Part shown: one piece after another, positions 13,560 to 28,849 of the stretch
Numbering within the stretch: the stretch's first letter is position 1
How the letters are laid out: each line of letters begins with the position of its first letter
NCBI GenBank assembly: GCA_951406725.2
Contig: OX597825.1
Coordinates: 9,672,001 to 9,736,000, forward strand
Direction of reading: 5' to 3'
DNA from: Octopus vulgaris
Lineage: Eukaryota
Length of the DNA: 64,000 bases
The notes under the pieces: generated by a model
What the model was told of the DNA's origin: nothing
The model's input: the letters and a program-made list of their open reading frames with translations, nothing else
Database searches by the model: none
Translations under genes and position numbers: made by a program

Positions 13560-13765
13560 GTTAATCCAAACAAGAAAACACAAAACAACGCAACAACGCG
13601 AGGACGTGGAACAAATATAGTATCATTGGACGCTCAGGAAAGAAGGAAAAAAGGAGGGTTTGACGTTTCGAGCGGAGCTCTTCGTCAGAAACATAGGAGA
13701 AGGATAGATCCAGAGAAGGGAAGACAGAGGAAAGAAAATCGACAACGGTACACACGAGGTCACAT
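13560..13765 (-). mobile_element. Short element carrying minimal HHR
   Basis: Reverse complement of 14572-14778; abuts a (TA)n tract. Confidence 0.75.
13658..13692 (-). ncRNA. Minimal type I HHR (loopless ACGT stem III)
   Basis: gttt-CTGACGA-a-gagc(tcc)gctc-GAAA-cg-TC-aaac. Confidence 0.7.
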
Positions 13766-14332
13766 TTTGATACGTATGTAAGTATGTATCTATGTATTAA
13801 AATTAATACTAAGTATTCTACTGCTGGAAATAACAGTCAAAACTCTTATTCAAATCGACGAAAATACACTGATAATAACTACAGAAATTAACCGTCTGAA
13901 GGCAAACGAACTAAGACAATCTCTCAGCATACATTCAAGTATTCGAACTCACGTGGACCGGTTTCTGAACTGGCATTATAGCTTCACCTTCCTCAGCACG
14001 CGTTACCATGATGGAGTGCCAGCCCGTCACGTTGAAGTCTGCGTTGCAACTGATTCGTTTTGTGCCGAATCATGGAAGTCGCCAGTGTGAAAATAATTTC
14101 AATACGGAGCAAAATAATTCAGGAGAAAAATATTTGCGAAGATATTATTGACTCTTTTATTATCTAGTGTAACAATTAGAAATGATAATAACAGAATCAA
14201 TAATATAGGCGATTGCAGACCCCAGAAAGGCCTTAAATATCTGAAAGATTAAAACTAATCAAAGGACATACTGAGTATGTCTCCCTGCTGGAAATAATAG
14301 TCAGAACTTTTATTTAAATCGCCGAAAATACG

Positions 14333-14408
<76 letters not shown>

Positions 14409-14485
14409 CATGCATATATATATATATATATATATACATACATGCATATATATATATATACATACACACGTATATATATATATAT

Positions 14486-14571
<86 letters not shown>

Positions 14572-14574
<3 letters not shown>

Positions 14575-14778
14575 ACCGCGTGTGTACCGTTGGGGATTTT
14601 TTTCCCTCTGTCTTCTCTTCTCTGGATCTTTCCTTCTCCTATGTTTCCGACGAAGAGCTCCGCTCGAAACGTTAAACCCTCCTTCTTCCCTTCCTTCCTG
14701 AGCGTCCAATAATAGTATATTTGTTCCACGTCCTCGCGTTGTTGTGTTTTCTCTTTGTGTTTTCATGTTTGGATTAAC
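14572..14778 (+). mobile_element. Second copy of minimal-HHR element; core mutated (CCGACGA) at 14643-14677
   Basis: gttt-CCGACGA-agagctccgctc-GAAA-cg-TT-aaac; TG/TA flanks. Confidence 0.7.
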
Positions 14779-14846
<68 letters not shown>

Positions 14847-15329
14847 CATACATAATTTCATCACCACTATATATCAGCAACACCAATACAACAAGCATCA
14901 ACACAGAAACAAATACAAGTGCGGATTCGAGACTAAACAACAATAACAAAATGACTACCACCATCATCACCATAATTATCATCACCAACAGCAAAACCAA
15001 TGCAACGAGCACCATTACCAATCGACTAACTTTTGAATAACCCAACTGAGAACTATAATAACGATATTACATGATTGTAATACCTGTAGCTACGTAAGTT
15101 GTATGCTAATATAACGGGTAAGATGGACACAGTGTAGAGTTCTTACGGCTCCAGTAACAAATACATGAAGCAAGGTTCCACTGAACTTGTTAACCCTTCA
15201 ACTAACTGTAATCATACAGTCCTCTCCACCTCATTTTTCACCCTTTCGTTTTCCGTCCTGACATCCATAGCAAAAAAAAACAATGATAATTTGCACTCAC
15301 AAAAAAGCTCCTTCCTGGTGCTATTTTCC

Positions 15330-15565
15330 ACGACATGCTTTGAATTGTGGTCGGAAAAATATATGACCAGACTCTACTCGTGGCTTTACAAGTTTTTCAC
15401 CAACAGAAAATCTCCATCAAATTCAGAAAGATATTGTAACGCTTGCAAATGATATAGTTTTAGAAGAACTCATAGAGGATGGTGTAGCTGAACTGCTAGT
15501 GTCCCAGAGGGAAAGTTATCTGACAAGCAACTGATGTTGTTAGGACAACTGCAAGCTGGGAATAC
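15330..15565 (+). mobile_element. pogo/Tigger-like transposase C-terminal remnant
   Basis: Peptide IQKDIVTLANDIVLEELIEDGVAELLVSQRESYL resembles the Tigger C-terminal helix pattern; frameshifted. Confidence 0.45.
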
Positions 15566-16414
15566 AGATGAGAATAAGGAAATTCCACCTACTCGAACTG
15601 ACTGCAAATGTCAACAAGTCCTTCCGTGTGTTTTGTTTTGTTTTTGTTTTTTGTTGGGTTTTTTTTTTTCATTTTTTTCCTGATAACAACCCTAATTGTG
15701 AGCGTTACATTTTATATAACAAGAAATATTTAGAATTACCTCAGTTCCTGCACTGAGCTATACAAACAGATGACGCCCCCATAAACATCAAACAATTTTG
15801 GTTAAACCGATGTTGATGATGAGGAATTATAACATCAAAAAATCGTATCTCGCATCCTCCAAATAACTCCCATTCCACCACCCACTACCATCCCTCACAC
15901 AGTAGTCAACATCTTTTGTGGTGAAAACGTACACTATAACAATAATACGGGTTTTATTTATTCCCTAACACTTTTCTCTTCAGATGTTTCCATGTATACA
16001 TATTGTATGGTGTCTGTTTAGAAGTATTTCCGTGAATAAAAGTGGTCGGGTGGCTTGTTTGTATGTTTTATTTTATTTTGCTTTTGCATTGTATTCTTTT
16101 ACTTTTGTTTGCTTCTTTGTTTTTGTTTTCTTTTTTGCGAAAAAAATTGTCTGAACGTATTATTTCTTTATGACACGAAAATCAATGGCAAAATTAATTT
16201 CGCGTTACAAAAATTTCGCGTTACGATAAGGTGGTCAGGAATGCTTTATTTCCATAATGCAGTAGATTTATCTATGTGTGTGTCTATGTATGTGTGTGTA
16301 TGTGTGTCTACGTGCGTATATATATATGTGCATATATATGCATATATGTATGTATTCATATATATACATATATATATGCATATAAATATATATTTGCATA
16401 TATATATATATTTA

Positions 16415-17814
<1,400 letters not shown>

Positions 17815-18039
17815 CATGCGCCTATGGAGGATGTGTACGTGTATATATAGCCATGTTGTCTCCTAAATAAGGCAGTATTTAAACATGAGGATATCTCTCT
17901 CGTATAGATATGTTTTATGAGATGTATGGAATATATAAGCGTGTTTATGAGTGGGAGCGCGTCTGTGTATCTTATCTCTATCTAATTTTTCTTTGTCTGT
18001 ATGCATACACACACATACAAACATACAAACAACATATAA

Positions 18040-18070
<31 letters not shown>

Positions 18071-18259
18071 CATAGATATATGCCTGTGTGTGTGTGTCTG
18101 TAATACAAATATATATTTTGTGCACATACATCACTGTTGTCTTTGGTGTATCGGTTTATGTTCAACAAGAAAGCTGTTTATGTAAACACACACATATATA
18201 TATACTTACAAATATCTATATGTATATATGCATATATATATGATTGTGCATGTATGTAT

Positions 18260-18686
<427 letters not shown>

Positions 18687-18949
18687 CATTACATGACCCC
18701 AAAAACCTCAAAAGTACAAGATATATTTAAATGCGCGTGTGCATGCACACGTACACATACATATATGCACACACACATTACATACATATATATATATACT
18801 TATTTATATATATATTTATATATATATATACATACATATATGCATACATATATACATATATATATATACTTATATATATATGTATATATATATACATATA
18901 TATATGCATACATAAAGACATATATATATATATACATATAAATAGATAA

Positions 18950-19064
<115 letters not shown>

Positions 19065-19992
19065 TACATATATAGATATAGATATAGATATAGATATACA
19101 TATATAGATATATATGATGTTTATGTATGCGTGTGTAATTTGTTGAAAATTCCTAATGTACTTGTCAAGTTAAAAACCTTTCTCTGTTCCTAAGACAGCA
19201 ATCAATAAATAAATAAATGGATAAATTCATAGATAAATAAATAAATAAAACATTTCAACATTTTCATTCGCAGCAGTAATAACTTTTTTGCTTTCCACAT
19301 TTCACAACACCAATAACAATATGAAGAACAACACTAAGGATAACTTATATCTTCACTTTCTTTTCCAGTTGTATGTATTAGAGAAAATGTAAAACAAAAA
19401 CTAACCTTTTCTTTCGGATACAATAAATCACAAGAAAAGGCGTGGGCCGCAGTTTACAGCTGCCGCCGTGGTGGTCGTGGACACTGGTTATTCGTAAAAT
19501 TGTGCTAAAAAGACTCAGATCCTGTCGCGATGTGATGCATAACGAGTGGCTAGCAAGCGATAAAAAGCGCACAAAATGCAAAAAAATACCTGCTAAACGA
19601 AACCAACGTAGTGCCACGATATTTTGTAATCCCTAGGAATTTACTTTCCAGAAAGACTTTTTCATTTGTAATTCTTTCTCGCGAAGTGACCTTGTGGATC
19701 TTCTGTAAACATTGTTGTTGGAATGTGGCTATCTTACAGGCAATCTTTGCTATCATTTCCCTCGTTTCTCTTCCATAAAGAACTTTCCCTTTCATTATTA
19801 ATGCTTGTTGTTGCCCAAATTTGGCACATACGCTGAAACATTGCTCCTGTCTTACCAATACTGTTGCCTGCATCATTTTCTATGCGTCCATCACTGCTGA
19901 TCACGCCGCCGAGAGATCAGAAGTTATTTACATCCTACACAACTTCTGTGCACTGAAGGTGGTAGTTCGGTTTCTAATATTAACCTGCAAAC

Positions 19993-20187
19993 ATTATTTA
20001 CATCATTTACATTATCTACATTTGACGGATATTTGTCCCCATCTTGTTTGTTGTTAATACAACGTTTCGGTTGATATACCCTCCAGTCTTCATCAGGTGT
20101 CTTGGAGACATTTCGAACAAGATGAGGACAAATATCCGTCAAATGTAAATAATGTACATAATTCCTCATCTCTTAAATATAGAACTG
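19993..20187 (-). mobile_element. Mini inverted-repeat HHR element with apparent 12 bp TSD
   Basis: Flanks taacctgcaaac (19981) / taatctgcaaac (20188); IR arms ~20008-20047 / 20116-20156. Confidence 0.75.
20057..20100 (-). ncRNA. Minimal HHR, partly decayed
   Basis: acac-CTGATGA-agactggagggtatatcaacc-GAAA-cg-TT-gtat. Confidence 0.65.
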
Positions 20188-21103
20188 TAATCTGCAAACC
20201 TTGGTTATTTTACAACTAATTTTGACACCGAGCTTTATTGTTTGTTCTTTGAACATGGTAGTTAGTTCTTGTTTCCTTTAATAGCGCAATGTCATCAGCA
20301 AAGGCCAAGTGAGCAAAATTCTTTTCCTTTAACTCCAACGAAGACTTGTATTACTCAAATGGATTTCTGTTTATAAATTTAAAAAATCCAGCTTCTAGTA
20401 GGAAAACAAGAGAAAAAACATGGGGTCCTGACACCAATAATGATGCTAAAGTTGTTAGTAAAACATCTGTTTTGGCACAGTAGTTAATCTTTGTAAAGAT
20501 TTTTGTAAAGATTCATGGAGATGTTTAGATATTGAAACCATATACTTAAGTGATCTTTTGTTACCTTAGCCATGTTATTAAATGTGTTTCTTACATTAGA
20601 AAATTGTTCGTTCAGGAGTAGCTGGAGCGGAATCCTGCTTGTTCTTTCCGCGGGCTTGCATCAACGTTCTGTCGAATCCTATTCAGTATTATAAAGCAAA
20701 GAACTTTTCTTGGAAGAGAGAAACGTAATTCCCAGTTTTGCAATCTGTCAGGTTTTCCTTCTTGAGAGTTGCACAATAACTCCTTCTCCCCCAGTCAATA
20801 TAAAAATTGTTGGGGGTAATATTTTTCTACTCCCTCAGGCGCTTACCTCTAGATTTTGAGGAACTAGGTAGCTTGAAAGCAAATCGGCTGTTAGAACAAC
20901 AAGGACCTAGTCTACGGTTGATCGCTTTTCCTATTGAAAAGCATTGAATTCATATGTTGTAAACAAATAAATGAGTCCTCACTTTTACATTAGAGGCCCT
21001 ACATATACGTAGCTCGTTGTCCCAAATTAGAATTTCACGGGTTTAGCAGTTGATAGATAAATATATTGGTTGTAGACACATTGCGATTCCGCCAACACGA
21101 TAC

Positions 21104-21660
21104 GAAATATTGATCTATCCAAGGCGACGAGCTGGCAGAAACGTTAGCACGCCGGGCGAAATGTCTGTCCTTGTTTGTCCTCTCTGTGTTTAGCCCCTTG
21201 TGGGTAGTAAAGAAATATTGATCTATCCAAGGCGACGAGCTGGCAGAAACGTTAGCACGCCGGGCGAAATGTCTGTCCTTGTTTGTCCTCTCTGTGTTTA
21301 GTCCCTTGTGGGTAGTAAAGAAATATTGATCTATCCAAGGCGACGAGCTGGCAGAAACGTTAGCACGCCGGGCGAAATGTCTGTCCTTGTTTGTCCTCTC
21401 TGTGTTTAGTCCCTTGTGGGTAGTAAAGAAATATTGATCTATCCAAGGCGACGAGCTGGCAGAAACGTTAGCACGCCGGGCGAAATGTCTGTCCTTGTTT
21501 GTCCTCTCTGTGTTTAGCCCCTTGTGGGTAGTAAAGAAATATTGATCTATCCAAGGCGACGAGCTGGCAGAAACGTTAGCACGCCGGGCGAAATGTCTGT
21601 CCTTGTTTGTCCTCTCTGTGTTTAGTCCCTTGTGGGTAGTAAAGAAATATTGATCTATCC
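21104..21660 (+). repeat. Tandem array: 5 x 108 bp internally deleted SINE B
   Basis: gaaatattgatctatcc at 21104, 21212, 21320, 21428, 21536, 21644 separating SINE head-tail fusions. Confidence 0.95.
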
Positions 21661-22099
21661 TGTTGTTCTTCAGGATTATCAACTTGATTATCATCCAGCT
21701 TCTCCTAGATTCCTTTATCAAGTCTGACCAGAAAGGCTGCAGGTTTAGACATGCTATCCTCTGTTCTCATTACCTTTGCTCTTTTGTATTCATCCTGTTT
21801 ATGACTAATATATTTTTCGTTTCACCTACTACTCGGCACAATGATCGCATTCTTTACAGCAAACCGGAGATGGGGTAACATTCATACTTTCCTATGAGCA
21901 TTTGTAGCAAAATAGAAGTGGAATTATTTCAAAGGAATAGGTTCGAATCCTTTTTTTTTTTTTTTTTGTAAAAAGTTTTAAGTTAAGTTAAACGGTAAAT
22001 TTTCAAGACTTATAATAAATAATATTGTTTAAAGTCTGAATGAGGTGGTCGGAATTTTAGTCGATAGACTGTAAATCTATTTATAAGTGTTTTACTTTC

Positions 22100-22312
22100 T
22101 CATACTCTCTACTCTTTTACTCGTTTCAGTCATTTGACTGCGGCCATGCTGGAGCATCGCCTTTAGTCGAGCAAATCGACCCCGGGACTTATTCTTTGTA
22201 AGCCCAATACTTATTCTATCGGTCTCTTTTGCCGAACCGCTAAGTGACGGGGACGTAAACACACCAGCATCGGTTGTCAAGCAATGCTAGGGGGACAAAC
22301 ACAGACACACAA

Positions 22313-22351
<39 letters not shown>

Positions 22352-22487
22352 TACGACAGGCTTCTTTCAGTTTCCGTCTACCAAATCCGTTCACAAAGCA
22401 ATTCCGCCAACACGATACGCAGTGGGACTGAACCCGGAACCATGTGGTTGGTTAGCAAGCTACTTACCACACAGCCACTCCTGTGCC
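22100..22487 (-). mobile_element. SINE family A
   Basis: Reverse complement of the family A pattern with an internal deletion. Confidence 0.9.
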
Positions 22488-23226
22488 TCATGGTTTTATA
22501 TTTTAATTAAAATATTAAATTGCAAATTTAAAGATACATAGTTTATGTTAAAACTTGTTTTGGATAAGGTAAGCATCATCGCGGCCACAACTTATTCCAG
22601 GAAATTATCATTTACTTCACTGTTCCTCTTTATCAGTAGTACGATACATTTACAATAAGATAGATGTTGGTTCATACATGTCTTGCCCTCTTTCTTGTCT
22701 GAAATAAAATGATACAGATTTCTTCTAACTACATCTAAAGGAAGGTCTGGGTGTAAATCAATGGATATTAATCACTAGAAAAGTGAATCCAAACACCCAA
22801 TCTTCAACTACTGTCATCGAACAAATCTTATTAATAGCAACCGTTATCATGGCCACAACCGCTTTTATCATTATCACACTATTATCACTAACCTAATCTT
22901 CTCGTGTATGTCACTGCCATTACTACTACTACAACTACCAACACCAACATCACCAGCACCAACCACTACACCACCACCACCACCACCACCAACACCAACA
23001 CCACCACCACCACCAACACCACCACCACCACCACCACCCTCACAACCTGTAACACCGGCAAATACTTCAAAGAACTGCTTTCAGTAAATAAGCATTTCAC
23101 TATAAAGTGACATTTCATGCTTGGCTTGCATGCTTCTATCTAAACCACTTCAGTACTGTTATAGGCACCCATCATTCCCCCCTCCTTGCCACTTTGACAC
23201 GGTTCGATTCAGCAACTTCCTACTTT

Positions 23227-23258
<32 letters not shown>

Positions 23259-24313
23259 TTTTCATATTCATCTTACTTTAATCAAATTCCTTAACTCCTC
23301 AACTATTCTATCCTTATTCATTTCTGTTTAATGTTCATCTATACTTGTATTCTTTATGTTCAAATAATCGTTAGTTTTCCAATCCTTCGGCAGTTCTTCA
23401 TCGTTAAGTTTACTCGTTAAGTCTTTAGTTTATTCTTCATATTCACTTCATTACATTCAATTTAATATTTATTGTTTGTTTGTTTGTTTTTTCTTTAATT
23501 CTTTATATTCAGTTTTAATTCTTCTGCTCTTTATCTTCGGTATTTGTTCTCAATTCTTCTTCCCCCCACCCCCTCTTTACTTTAACTTCAATATTTTTTT
23601 TTTTTTTCATATCTTCTCCTTTCAAATCAATAATAATATTGTTTCTCTGAAAAACCATTCACGAAATATGTCTGTTAAAGAAAACTTCAGCAAAAGTAAT
23701 TTAATTTTGTGAACGTTCATACGAGTCAGCAGAATCAAATAAGAGAAAAGGATTATCAAGAATTTTCCTAAGACGCCTATTTTCGTCTCCAGATTTCTTT
23801 AACCAGCAGCATATAACGTAAGTAAAGAAAAGAACCATCTCTGCAGCTGCTGTTGTTGTTTCTTAACCGCCAGCTAAACCCCGATCGTATAAACCTATGA
23901 TCATAAGCATTCCAACCATGACCAAGTCACCTTTTTTTTTATAACTTCTCTGACATTATGATTCAAGAATAACATTAACCGATGTGTTCTGTTTTTTCTG
24001 GTCTTTTTTTTTTTCTGACTGCTCCAAGGGAAAATTGCAGTTTAGTAGCAGTAAGACATTTTTTCGTTGTTGGTGCCAGCAAGAATATATGCGTTGAGTC
24101 TTGGAACTAATGATACAGTTTCTAAAAGGAGTGTAGCTGCAACTCGCAGAAACTCTGCTTATGCAAAAACGTTGCAGTGCTGAATTGGAAATCCACTGCA
24201 ATTTCCATTGGGAAATATGCCAAGGATGACTGTGGGACGACAATTATCGAGACGGAAATTATCTTAAACTACCTCTCACTCTCACCCTCTCCCGAAACAA
24301 TCAGTTTTATTAT

Positions 24314-24387
<74 letters not shown>

Positions 24388-24542
24388 ATTCATGTATGTG
24401 TTTTTGTATTATATATATATATACATATATGTCTATATGTACGTATGTATGTATATGTAAACATGTATGTATATGCATGTTTATGTATACATATTTATAT
24501 ATTTGTATATTTATATATTTATATATATATATATATTTATAC

Positions 24543-24573
<31 letters not shown>

Positions 24574-24617
24574 CATATTTATACATATATATATATATTT
24601 ATATATATATATATATA

Positions 24618-24648
<31 letters not shown>

Positions 24649-24650
24649 TA

Positions 24651-24776
<126 letters not shown>

Positions 24777-26339
24777 TCTCACCAAGCCAATATATATTGT
24801 TTGCTGATTATTTTTAAGATGTTTATATTCTTATCTTAACGTTTTTTCGCGTCTATAACCTGCGTTTGACCTGCCCACCATATTCGGATTGGCTCTTTAT
24901 TTCACTTGCATCTCTCTTCGTAGAATATATTAATTCGATTTAGACTCGAGAAAATGTTGCAAATTTGAGAAATTCGCTACGGCCAAAACCGAAACAGGTC
25001 AGTGGTATCGAACCAATATCAATTAATTATAATATAAGTTATACAAGTACCGATCATTTTCCCGCTTCTTTGCCAAGCATATTTATTTTAGAAGGATCAC
25101 GTATGATTGCTGTATATAAAAACATACACGCATGCGTACGTATAAACAAAGAGACATACTTACAAACATGCGTTACGTATATATATACATATACATGCAT
25201 AGAGACATACCTACACATACATATATATAATTATAGGCACAAACGTTCTTAGAGATATGCAAGTACATTTATACATACATTCGATAAGCAACCAGCGTAA
25301 CTTTTCCATCTGCTTCCATTTCACTAATCGGATTGCTGTATTTTGATTGGGTCATATATAACGCAGGGAGGAATTGTGAGACAATCGCATCATATTGAAA
25401 TATAATCTTGATAAGCAAATGCCATATGATCTGGGTTCAATTTCCCCATTGTTCTCTTGTTCGGTGGGGGATGTTATTAAGTAAATTAACCAACATTTAT
25501 CTTGTCTAAATTGTTTCGTTGACCCTGCCAAGTGCTTATTTCATCCGAAAACATTATTATAATTACACTTTAGCGTCCCATCAGAGAGAAAAAAACACCA
25601 TGCTTATGTGTATGTATGTATATATAGGTATGTATATGAATGAATATTTGTGGTTGCATGTGTATTTACATATATGAGTCCTTGTGCGTGTGAGAGAAAC
25701 AGAGAGAGAGAGAGAGAGAGAGAAAGAGGGAGAGAGAGAGAAGGAGAGAAAGAGGGAGAGAGAGAGACGGCTGTTATATTTCAATAAGATCTGAAATTCC
25801 TCTTTCCGTATTTTATGCTCTGTTCTCATTAAGAATAAATCACAAGTCTAGTTATATACTTAGGAAAACATTTCTCCTCACTTCTCTTTTATCTCTGTTT
25901 CCTTTCTCTTTCTCCTTCTCCCTCTCTCTCTATCTATTTCTATTTCTCTTCCTCCTTTTTTTTTCTCTCTGACTCATTCTGTAATCTTTTCTTGTCAGCT
26001 AGTCAATGTGGTTTACTGCCAAGCTATCAAATATTCTGGAAAAAATCAAACGAAATTATGCTTTATCTTTCATTTATGGGCAATATTGATTTTCTATGGC
26101 ATCCATGAAATTCTATATATAAAATAATAACCATCTTTGTATAGTGGTGAGTGGTTCTCCAAATTTCTAGGAACTTTGAAAGTTTTATACTGATAGATTG
26201 GATCCTCTTATAATCGTAACAATATGGTGAACTTCGTAGATCAAGAGGCGTAAAATTCTGGCATACTGGGTCTGTGGCAGGATTTCTAATCCTAATTTTA
26301 GTTCTTTGGCGCCTCTTAAGAAGCATATATATCGTTGTT

Positions 26340-26642
26340 GTTTGTTTGTTCCTTCTCGAGCCATGCCTGGTTCATAAGGGCCGATTTCACGGTTTCTTCG
26401 CGTATAGGTTTCCCACCTGGACGGGACGCCGGTCCGTCGCAGGTGAGCTGCAAGATGCAGGAGGAAAGAGTGAGAGAAAGTTGTGGCGAAAGAGTCAGCA
26501 AAAGTTCGCCATTACCTTCTGCCGGAGCCGCGTGGAGCTTAGGTGTTTCGCTCATAAACACACACATCGTCCGGTCTGAGATTCGAACCCGCGATCCCTC
26601 GACCGCGAGTCCGCTGCTCTAACCACTAGGCGATATGCCTCC
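26340..26642 (-). mobile_element. SINE, family C-like head with the tail seen at 170-250
   Basis: ggaggcatatcgcctagtggttagagcagcggactcgcggtc..ggttcgaatc; (AAAC)n tail. Confidence 0.85.
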
Positions 26643-27412
26643 ACATATATATATATATATCGTAGGCTTGAACGTCATACAGTCTCATGTCTTCATTCCT
26701 CATAAATTTCTCTATAAAGCAATAATATTTAGTATTCAAGTGTGTTTTGGAAAATTTATCACTAACTTTCTGTTTAGTATCACCAACGGCTTCGTATGTG
26801 TGTCTGCGTTTCAAGTAGGTGAATGTCTAACATACAGGTGATCTCACATGAGGTATTTTTTTGCAAACATTTGCATGAAGTGATTACATCACAGCACGAC
26901 CATCTTCGTGCAAATTAAGGCGTCTCTTTGTCATTCCTCGCACATTTGTATTTCTCTTTGCAAACATTTTAGTCACTGGTTATTACGGTCTTATTGAAAG
27001 GGAGAAATGCATATGACACTTATTTCATTCCTTTTTATTTTATTTTATTTTATTTTTATTTATTTTTTTAACTTACCGTTAAAAGTGTCTCGAAATGTTA
27101 TGTGGTTTATACACTTAATATTTAATATTTCCATCTAGTTCCATACCCGTAGACGATTTATTTCTATATCTCGTACGTATTCTGAATAAATTACTAGATT
27201 ATATATACTATATTGTACTCTGTTCTATTTTTTAATTATATTTTTTCGTTTTCTTTTTTTTATATGCGTATATTGGGAGAGAAAAGAAGGAAGAAAAATA
27301 GAAAACAGAAAATAGGTTGATGCTGTTTTAGGGAGAGATAAAATTATGAGTGTACCCAATACTTTTTTTTTCTGACAAGGCCGAAGTAGCAAGTTAAAAT
27401 TCTAATTAGAGT

Positions 27413-27598
27413 TTCGTTTTGGGATTTGGTTTGCAAGATTCTTTATATGAGTTCGCGTGTTGAAGCATATTCTGTTGTGTCTGGAGAGAGACATTTTCTT
27501 TTTGTGCCTTATAAGACTATTGAAAAGGTTGCAAGACGCAACGAAAATTTTAAGAAAATAAAAATAAGAAATAAGTGGAAATTTTACCGGTGAGAGTG
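27413..27598. mobile_element. Internally inverted copy of the 50002-50395 element with 12 bp TSD
   Basis: tctaattagagt at 27401 and 27599; first half direct, second half inverted relative to 50002-50192. Confidence 0.8.
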
Positions 27599-28178
27599 TC
27601 TAATTAGAGTGTTTTCTAGAAATTAAGAATTAATTTCACAGCATATCATTTTTAGACATCGTGGAAATTTTTTCTTTGTTTAACAGCAACAGGGGCAATT
27701 ACTCATATTTTGGCTTTATTAGATCCTCGTCAACGAAGTATAACCTCAGACCTGTGAGGCTAGTGAAAAAAGGATTCTTTTTACAAGCAGAAAATAGCTA
27801 GGATCATTTTTGTCAGCAGTAATTCGCATAATTGCAAAACATGAGCTGAGGGAAATTACTCAAGTGAACCAGTAGTAATGTTTTGTGCAATGAAAACATC
27901 AATGACAGTAGATGTAATCTGATGCAACGAATGCATCAAATGGTTAACGAATATAGAACATTGGCCAGTTCAGACGTGCAACGTATAGCTTAGAAATGGA
28001 TTCGAACTTTCAACCAGGAAGTTCTATTTCGGTTGTATATCAACTTTTCCACTTCGTCTGCAGCAAGGTAACCTCTACATGATCTCTCATCCTATTCGAA
28101 ACAGTAGCCAAATCTCCACCAGAGCACAAATTACTGTCCTAAATAAGGTCTCATTGGAAATTGTAGTTTTAAATATAC

Positions 28179-28282
28179 AGGCGTAGGAGTGGCTGTGTGG
28201 TAAGTAGCTTGCTTACTAACCACATGGTTCCGGGTTCAATCCCACTGCGTGGCACCTTGGGCAAGTGTCTTCTACTATAGCC
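28179..28282 (+). mobile_element. SINE family A 5' fragment
   Basis: ggcgtaggagtggctgtgtggtaagtagc..accttgggcaagtg. Confidence 0.85.
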
Positions 28283-28849
28283 TGAAAGAAGACCGTCGTA
28301 TATAGTAGTAGTAGTTGAAGTTGTTGTTGTTGTTGTTGTTGTTGCTGTTGTTGTTGCTGTTGTTGTTGTTGTTTAGTCGCAGGCCAGCCTTCATTGAGCA
28401 GATCCATGATCAAAGGTAAATTCACGGTGAAACATCCCACGCCTTACCTCTAATGAGTCCTTAACTAAGATTTGATTACTATTTCTAACAGGTGCCCCAC
28501 TTATAGCTAATAAAACAGAAAAGAACGAAACAATTCGACGGCGGTTTATCAAGCGACAGAATAAGATCCTTCACATGTTGTTTACATTGTAGAGTTTAGT
28601 GGTCCTCAGCTTTCGTTTTCCAGGCACTATTTTGTTATATTCCAAACGATACTTTTGCAAATATTATGCATTCAATATTAAACTTCAGATAATATTGTCT
28701 ATGTTACTACGCATTCATTCACTTTGTTATAATACAATTTTGCAAATTTAACAGCAATAGAAAAAAATGGCTTTTAAGACTTGCATAAAAGTAATGGGTT
28801 TTCTTTAATTTTCCTAAGTAACAGTACGTTAGAGAGTCGGGTATTGTAA

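Larger units (their letters stand above)
19380..21030 (-). mobile_element. Decayed non-LTR retrotransposon (RT) remnant
   Basis: Minus-strand KNFAHLAFADDIALL at ~20279-20323 followed by a GVKIS-like segment; boundaries poorly defined. Confidence 0.65.

Noticed and set aside
21035-21721. 228 aa repeat protein or CRISPR-like array
   Set aside because: Units between repeats are near-identical SINE fragments, not unique spacers; eukaryotic context, no cas genes.
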